Source: Bacilli bacterium
Lineage (GTDB): Bacteria > Bacillota_I > Bacilli_A > RFN20 > CAG-826
DNA: 32,160 nucleotides
Direction of reading: 5' to 3'
NCBI GenBank assembly: GCA_024408305.1
Contig: JAKSVD010000003.1
Span: forward strand, 1-32,160
Part shown: positions 26,269-32,160 of the stretch, piece after piece
Layout: every line of letters begins with the position of its first letter
How positions within the stretch are numbered: the stretch's first letter is position 1
The notes under the pieces: model-generated
What the model was told of the DNA's origin: nothing
Seen by the model: only the letters and a program-made list of their open reading frames with translations
The model's database searches: none
Made by a program: the position numbers and the translations under genes

Positions 26269-27095
26269 AAGACTACCTCCACATGTCTATTTGCATGGCA
26301 TTGAATGTTAACGGCAACAGGCATTGACGCAATATGACAAGGATATGTATTAATGAATACATCTAAACAAGTTGTCTTGCCTCCAAGGCCCATAGGTCCA
26401 ATTCCTGTCTTATTGACTTCTTTTAGGATTAATTCCTCAAGCTCTGCTATTTCCTTGTCCTCACTTCTAGAAGTTCTTGCCAACGCTTCTTTTGCCATCT
26501 TTGGAGCGGTCTCGAAGTTTCCTCCGATTCCGATGCCAAGATATATAGGCGGACACGGCCTTCCGTCTGCTTCTTTAACTGCTGAAACGACAAAATCGAC
26601 AATGCCTTTCTTTCCATCAGTCGGATTTAGCATCTTCAATTTTGACATGTTTTCACTGCCTGCCCCTTTAGGAACTAACATGATTTTTAATTTGTCGCCC
26701 GATACCATTTTGACATGGACAATTGCTGGTGTGTTGTCCTTTGTATTGATGCGAGACAAAGGATTTGCGACGGATTTTCTAAAATAATATCTATCGTATG
26801 CATCTCTTACACCTTCGTTGATTGATTCATACAAATCACAATTTAGGTGAACGTCATAACCGATTTCAACAAAACAGGTAATAATACCTGTATCTTGACA
26901 CATCGGTAAAGATTCTTCGTTAGCTATTTCAGCATTTTCTATAATCTGATCGAAGGTAGCTTCGGCTAAAGGAGATGTCTCCAAGCTCCTTGCCTCTTTG
27001 ATTTTATTTAAAACAGAGCAAGATAAAGAACAGCATGCCTTATGCAAACCGTTAGATACTGCTTCTTTAATTTGTTCGAACTGTATTTCTTTCAT
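26265..27095 (-). CDS. Fe-S hydro-lyase (class I fumarase/tartrate dehydratase) alpha subunit
   Basis: PMCQDTG, PKGAGSENMS, PCPP, GIGPMGLGG, CHIASMPVAVNIQCHA; ATGA overlap with the beta subunit. Confidence 0.93.
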   Translation of the reverse strand: MKEIQFEQIKEAVSNGLHKACCSLSCSVLNKIKEARSLETSPLAEATFDQIIENAEIANEESLPMCQDTGIITCFVEIGYDVHLNCDLYESINEGVRDAYDRYYFRKSVANPLSRINTKDNTPAIVHVKMVSGDKLKIMLVPKGAGSENMSKLKMLNPTDGKKGIVDFVVSAVKEADGRPCPPIYLGIGIGGNFETAPKMAKEALARTSRSEDKEIAELEELILKEVNKTGIGPMGLGGKTTCLDVFINTYPCHIASMPVAVNIQCHANRHVEVVL

Positions 27096-27097
27096 GT

Positions 27098-28273
27098 TTA
27101 TTTATATAACTTGGAAACGCCAGACTTAATAGCGGCTTCTTTTACGTGTGAGGCAACACTTGCGTGTGCATTTTTATCCCATGCATATGGGAGAATGTGT
27201 TCTGGGGACAATTCCTCGTCCTTAACGCAAGCCATAATGCCCTCTGTTGCCGCTAGCATCATCTCTTTATTTACCGTTGTTGCTCTAGCGTCTAATGCAC
27301 CTCTAAATAGACCAGGGAAAACGAGGACATTGTTGATTTGGTTAGGATTTTCGCTAGATCCTGTTCCAACAATAAACGCCCCAGCTTCTTTAGCTTCCTT
27401 ATATGTGATTTCAGGGATTGGATTAGCGCATGGGAAGAGAATTGCTTTCTCATTCATGCTTCTGACCATTTCCTGCGTTACAACTCTTGGAGCGGAAACA
27501 CCGATAAAGGCATCTGCCCCTACCATAGCATCCTTAAGCGTTCCTGTATGATTGTCCTTATTAATAAGCTTTGCTAAATCTCTTTGTGGTTGGTTGAATA
27601 ATTCTGAATCGTTGATAATTCCGGCCTTATCGACAACGGTAAGGTTTTTAACGCCAAGGCTTAATAAATATTTGCTGATTGCAATGCCTGCGGCTCCTGC
27701 ACCATTAACAACGAGTTTGATCTCGTCTATTTTCTTTCCGGCTAGCTTTACAGCATTCATTAATGCCGCTGCCATAACTATTGCGGTGCCATGCTGATCA
27801 TCGTGGAATACAGGGATATCCAATTCTTCTTTAAGTCTTGTTTCGATTTCAAAGCATCTTGGTGCTGAAATATCTTCGAGATTGATTCCGCCAAATGAAC
27901 CTGAAATTAATTTAATGGTCTGAATGATTTCTTCTGTATCCTTGGACTTGATGCAAATAGGGAATGCATCGACATCTGCATAAGCTTTGAATAAAGCACA
28001 TTTTCCTTCCATGACTGGCATACCAGCCTCTGGTCCGATATCTCCTAAGCCTAGGATTGCAGTTCCATCAGTAATAACTGGGACAGTATTCCAGCGTCTT
28101 GTTAATTCAAATGATAATTCAGGATTTTTCTGGATTGCTAAACATGGTTCAGCAACTCCTGGGGTATATGCCAATCCTAAATCTTCTTTATTACCTGCTG
28201 GAACACGGCAAACAGTTTCGATTTTGCCCTTCCATTCAGCATGCTTTTTGAGCGACTCTTCACGATAATTCAT
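27098..28273 (-). CDS. NAD(P)-dependent malic enzyme
   Basis: [47 protein letters not shown] and [11 protein letters not shown]. Confidence 0.95.
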   Translation of the reverse strand: MNYREESLKKHAEWKGKIETVCRVPAGNKEDLGLAYTPGVAEPCLAIQKNPELSFELTRRWNTVPVITDGTAILGLGDIGPEAGMPVMEGKCALFKAYADVDAFPICIKSKDTEEIIQTIKLISGSFGGINLEDISAPRCFEIETRLKEELDIPVFHDDQHGTAIVMAAALMNAVKLAGKKIDEIKLVVNGAGAAGIAISKYLLSLGVKNLTVVDKAGIINDSELFNQPQRDLAKLINKDNHTGTLKDAMVGADAFIGVSAPRVVTQEMVRSMNEKAILFPCANPIPEITYKEAKEAGAFIVGTGSSENPNQINNVLVFPGLFRGALDARATTVNKEMMLAATEGIMACVKDEELSPEHILPYAWDKNAHASVASHVKEAAIKSGVSKLYK

Positions 28274-28348
28274 ATTTGGAACCTCTTAACTAGATTATAC
28301 TAGCATCCTCACGTATGAGTACATACCTGAAAGCGTATTACATGATAT

Positions 28349-28372
28349 AAAAAAGCGCCCTTAAGGACGCTT
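28349..28372 (-). terminator. Intrinsic terminator after asparaginase
   Basis: Minus strand reads AAGCGTCC-TTAA-GGGCGCTT-TTTT. Confidence 0.75.
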
Positions 28373-28375
28373 AGA

Positions 28376-29398
28376 CTATAAATATGACTCTTCTCCTCTA
28401 AGTGGGGTCTCCATCTGAATTCTAACCTCGTCAGGAGTCAAATCTTTACTGAAGAGATAATAGAGTTTTGCAACAGCCGCTTCGGTTGTCATTTCCCTTC
28501 CAGCAACCGCACCAACAGACTTTAATGCGGCGCTAGTTTGATATGTTCCAAGCATAACTGTTCCCTGTGGACATTGAGTGCAAACTGTAATAATACTGCC
28601 GTTTTTGTAGGCTTTTTCAATGATTGGGAGTAATGCGCTGCCGCTGCTATTAGGAATGTTTCCTGCACCGAACGTTTCAACAACTATACCCTTTAGATCC
28701 TCTGTCATAATCCTTTCGAATAATCCGAATTGGATGCCTGGGAACACTTTGATTACACCAATTGGAACCTTCCGGATAACCTGCCTTCTAAACGGCTTGG
28801 TTGGTTTTGGAAGCAACAATGAATCGTTGTAATCAATATGGATTCCCGCTGTTGCTAAAGGCGGGAGGTTAGGAGAATTGAATGCGATAAAATCAGAGGC
28901 GGAGAACTTGATTGTGCAGTTGCCTCTAAAGAGTTTATTAGCAAAATAGATGCCAACTTCAAATATTCTATCTGATGCAGCAAGCATCAATGATGTTATG
29001 AGGTTGTCCTTTCCGTCACTTCTAAGTTCGCATAAAGGAATTTGAGCGCCTGTAATGATAACTGGTTTACCAAGGTTCTCTAAAGCAAACGAAAGGATAG
29101 AGGCCGTATATGCCATAGTATCTGTACCATGAAGAATGACAAAACCATCATATTTATCATAATTTTCTTCGATGACCTTACCAATTTTGTTCCATTCATC
29201 AACGGCAATATTGGATGAGTCTAACAACGGTTCAAGGTTTATCATTTCCCATGTTGGCATTTCTGGAGCACTTAATTCTGCTAATTTCTCAAGTGAGTCA
29301 CGAAATACCTTTAAATCTGGAGCGTATCCTCCATCAGTCTTTGACATGCAGATAGTTCCACCGCTATTGATAATTAGGATTTTCTTTTTGTTTTCCAT
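28376..29398 (-). CDS. ansA: L-asparaginase type I (cytoplasmic)
   Basis: SGGTICM, DSSN, HGTDTMAYTAS, ETFGAGN and MTTEAAVAKL; start MENKKK with AGGAGG SD. Confidence 0.95.
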   Translation of the reverse strand: MENKKKILIINSGGTICMSKTDGGYAPDLKVFRDSLEKLAELSAPEMPTWEMINLEPLLDSSNIAVDEWNKIGKVIEENYDKYDGFVILHGTDTMAYTASILSFALENLGKPVIITGAQIPLCELRSDGKDNLITSLMLAASDRIFEVGIYFANKLFRGNCTIKFSASDFIAFNSPNLPPLATAGIHIDYNDSLLLPKPTKPFRRQVIRKVPIGVIKVFPGIQFGLFERIMTEDLKGIVVETFGAGNIPNSSGSALLPIIEKAYKNGSIITVCTQCPQGTVMLGTYQTSAALKSVGAVAGREMTTEAAVAKLYYLFSKDLTPDEVRIQMETPLRGEESYL

Positions 29399-29408
29399 GT
29401 AAATCCTC

Positions 29409-29669
29409 CTATTCATCGCCTTTTTGAGGAGATTTTTCCTCTTTTATTGGCTTGTTTTTCTCTTTTTTAGAATTGAGTGCGATGACAACCGAACCTGCGG
29501 CCCCCACCGTAACTAACCCACCAGCAGAAAAGATGACCGCGTTAGGATCAATTTCGTTTGTCTCGCTGGTCGTGCTTTCCTCATTTGCACTATTGTTTGC
29601 TACACTCACATTAGTGGATGCAAATAAAGATGCCAGAGGCAATATCAATCCCAATAGTGGCGAAATCAT
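29409..29669 (-). CDS. Small exported or membrane-anchored protein, unknown function
   Basis: Signal-like N-terminus, Ser/Thr/Glu linker, second hydrophobic segment and basic tail; ATG overlaps the degV stop (TAATG). Confidence 0.65.
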   Translation of the reverse strand: MISPLLGLILPLASLFASTNVSVANNSANEESTTSETNEIDPNAVIFSAGGLVTVGAAGSVVIALNSKKEKNKPIKEEKSPQKGDE

Positions 29670-30553
29670 TAGATACCTCTATAGAGCACTTCTTTGCCAA
29701 ATCCGAATAAACCGACCATACCCGGTCCAGTTGTAATGCCAACAACAGGTCCAACACAGAAAGTAGTAATCTTCTTACACTGCAAACCTGCTTCAAGTAG
29801 CTTTTTCTTTAAGATGAAGGCTTCGGATGATACATCACCGTGTATGATGAAAATTTCTTGTTCCTCAGGGTCAATAACGTTCTCCATGAAGAGGCTAACT
29901 ATCTCATCGTATGCTTTCTCTTTTCCGCGGACATTTCTCATTGAGACCTGTCTTCCTTCTGAATCAGAGATAAGGATTGGCTTGAGCTTAACAAAATCAC
30001 CCAAAGCAGCGCTTCTAGCGTTGATTTTATTGGCGCGTGATAAATATGTTAAAGTATCAACTGTTGCGTATTGGATGACCCTATTTAAGAGAGGCTTTAG
30101 CTTTTCAACAATCTCCTCGATTGTGCAGCCCTGATCACGGAATTCAGCCGCTTTGAGAACAATTAGCTGCTGACCGATTGATGCATTCATTGAATCAAGG
30201 ATTTCAATCCTTACATCATCTCTCTTATGCATGATTGATTCTGCCACTCTTCTTGCCTTGACAATTGTCTTAGATTGCTTTTCGCAGGCGGCAATATAAA
30301 GAATGTCATAGTCATCCATGTATTCGGAGAACTTGTTTCTAATTTCATGTTCTGTTGCAGGAAGGGTATAAACATTGGCTCCATTTCGCATGCCTCCGTA
30401 AAGTTCTTTAGGCATAACGGCAACCCATGGATCAGCGTTTATTTCTTTTCCCTCAAAGTAGATTGTGAAGTCAATTGAAGCGATACCGTGCTTATTTCTA
30501 ATATCCTCATTCATGTCAGAACATGTGTCTGTAATGATCTTGATTGGTTTCAT
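29669..30553 (-). CDS. DegV family fatty-acid-binding protein
   Basis: IITDTCSD, LDSMNASIG, DTLTYL, LKPIL and GPVVGITTGPG; GGAGGT SD. Confidence 0.9.
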   Translation of the reverse strand: MKPIKIITDTCSDMNEDIRNKHGIASIDFTIYFEGKEINADPWVAVMPKELYGGMRNGANVYTLPATEHEIRNKFSEYMDDYDILYIAACEKQSKTIVKARRVAESIMHKRDDVRIEILDSMNASIGQQLIVLKAAEFRDQGCTIEEIVEKLKPLLNRVIQYATVDTLTYLSRANKINARSAALGDFVKLKPILISDSEGRQVSMRNVRGKEKAYDEIVSLFMENVIDPEEQEIFIIHGDVSSEAFILKKKLLEAGLQCKKITTFCVGPVVGITTGPGMVGLFGFGKEVLYRGI

Positions 30554-30564
30554 GATATTACCTC

Positions 30565-32160
30565 CTATTTGCCTTCTTCATCCACTGTAATGGTTTTCTC
30601 TTCGCCCTGCTTATCTAAATAAGACAAAGTGACCTGCGGGAATGGGATGTTGATGTTGTTTCTTCCGAAGAGCAAGAAGATTTCGCGGTTAAGATCACGA
30701 GCTAACTGCATACGATCCTTTTCTGCACACTGAGCGGTAATGATCAAATCAACCGAGCTTTCTCCAAGTTCAGCGATTCCCTTATAGAATGGACCATCGG
30801 TGATTGTTGGGAGCTTTCTTCTAATTCTTGGGAATGCCTCCTGAATAATTCTTTCGACCTTTTCAAGATCTTCGCCGTATTCGATTGAAACAACAATCTT
30901 TGCGTAAGATGCTTCTTTGGTCATGTTAAGAACTCCGGAAATTGAAGAGTTATTGAAGATTTTGATGTTATTTGCGACGTCTTCGATCTTTGTTGTTCTA
31001 AGTCCAATTTCAAGGACCTGACCTCTGAAGTCTCCGATCGTAACAATATCGCCAACACGGAATGAACCTTCGAAGACAATGAAGATACCGGCGATGATAT
31101 CGCTGATAAGTGACTGAGCACCAAGACCAACGACAATTGAGAGAATACCGGCCGAAGTTAATAAGGACGCTGTATTAAATCCAAAGAGGTATAAACAGTA
31201 GAATACTCCACCGATAACGCCTCCGTATTTAAGAACAGATACGATTAAGTTACCTGTGGTCTCTACTCTTGCACCCAAGTTTCCGCAGAATGAACGGACG
31301 CAAATTTGAGCTAACTGTGTAACGGTTATGATAATAATCATAATCATCAGTGCTTGGGTTATAGCAAAGACATTGAATCCTCTCTCCCAGACATCTGAGA
31401 AAATATATTGGAAGATGGTGTGGTTATTTGGGTCATTGAGTGCCCAGATAATCAATGCCGCAATTGAAACAGTTGCAACTGTCATATAGGCCATGAGAAT
31501 TGTTGTAAGTTTTTCCTCTGGGCTCTTCTTTCTCCAGACGACCTTAGAGAATCTAGAGACAACTGATGTAGTCTTCTTGCTTCTTCCTGATGGAGTCTGG
31601 ATAACGAACGATGAGCTTTCATCATATTCATTGTTTTTCTTGATTGCTTTGCAATATTCCTTATCGTCACGGTCTGAAGAAACAGTAAATACAGCAGAAG
31701 CTAAGACGATGAATAATGTGCTAAATAGGAGAGTGTAGGCTGATATTGAATTTCTAGTCTCGTAGATATTTGAGGTTGGGATGGCGGTTGCGATGTAGTA
31801 GTCTCCGACCATTTCGATTGACTGATAGAACTTTGTTCCATCAAGTGATTGGAAGCCGTTATATGTGCCAGTGATAGTAAATGCCGAGTCTAGAACTCCA
31901 AGGCTTGCAGCAGTTTTGCCAATCAAATCTTCATATGGAGCGTAGACGACTTTATGTTCATCGCTCTTATCAAAGGCGACAAAGAACGAGTTCTCCCCAT
32001 AGATTGCCATATTGGATAAGATGTAGGAGATTGTAGATGTTTCAAATAAAGCCTTGAAAGATGCTTCAGATACTCCGATTTGGAGGAGGGAGCGGTGTCT
32101 GGTAATTGGACTGCCAACCCATGTTCCGTCCTTATAGTCTTCGTAATCTGTTCTCTTTGC
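30565..32160 (-). CDS. MscS family mechanosensitive channel with large N-terminal extracellular domain (5' end runs off the window)
   Basis: VGLGAQSLISDIIAGIFIVFE, FRVGD, IGLRTT and INIPFPQ. The frame stays open upstream of 32010 to the window edge (AKRTDYED...LLQIGVS...). Confidence 0.9.
   Translation of the reverse strand, partial: AKRTDYEDYKDGTWVGSPITRHRSLLQIGVSEASFKALFETSTISYILSNMAIYGENSFFVAFDKSDEHKVVYAPYEDLIGKTAASLGVLDSAFTITGTYNGFQSLDGTKFYQSIEMVGDYYIATAIPTSNIYETRNSISAYTLLFSTLFIVLASAVFTVSSDRDDKEYCKAIKKNNEYDESSSFVIQTPSGRSKKTTSVVSRFSKVVWRKKSPEEKLTTILMAYMTVATVSIAALIIWALNDPNNHTIFQYIFSDVWERGFNVFAITQALMIMIIIITVTQLAQICVRSFCGNLGARVETTGNLIVSVLKYGGVIGGVFYCLYLFGFNTASLLTSAGILSIVVGLGAQSLISDIIAGIFIVFEGSFRVGDIVTIGDFRGQVLEIGLRTTKIEDVANNIKIFNNSSISGVLNMTKEASYAKIVVSIEYGEDLEKVERIIQEAFPRIRRKLPTITDGPFYKGIAELGESSVDLIITAQCAEKDRMQLARDLNREIFLLFGRNNINIPFPQVTLSYLDKQGEEKTITVDEEGK

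Noticed and set aside
25825-30478. Numerous plus-strand ORFs opposite the fumarase, malic enzyme, ansA and degV genes
   Set aside because: Typical antisense shadows of conserved genes.
1-32160. CRISPR arrays, IS elements, integrases, prophage, tRNA or rRNA
   Set aside because: No spaced direct repeats, transposase or recombinase motifs, or recognisable stable RNA genes were seen by eye.

Overview
The window is gene-dense chromosomal DNA with no mobile element, CRISPR array, rRNA or tRNA visible. It probably comes from a low-GC, Mollicutes-like Bacilli lineage using genetic code 11; this is inferred from the N-domain-less ClpB under a CIRCE element, the expanded Opp proteins and the many lipoproteins. 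From left to right it holds: an oppA-B-C-D peptide ABC operon (minus strand, oppD truncated by the window edge); a DUF3899-like membrane protein; a divergent operon of an M6-family metalloprotease lipoprotein and a large unknown lipoprotein; a multi-domain PIN protein; a membrane-bound XRE regulator; clpB; a flavin-reductase-like/PCP_red fusion; two U32 (TrhP-like) genes; a GT-C-like membrane protein; ttcA with a CDF transporter; an operon of a PstS-like binding protein, three small membrane proteins and a GNAT; malic enzyme with a two-subunit fumarase; and an MscS(partial)-degV-small protein-asparaginase operon. The most notable observations are an apparently circularly permuted OppA, a PIN nuclease with a duplicated unknown helical module and a Jag_N-like domain, an orphan binding-protein operon with similar micro-membrane proteins ending I-x-F-M, apparently widespread leaderless transcription, and a structured ~190-nt intergenic region downstream of clpB. 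All family calls come from motif recognition by eye, not database searches.
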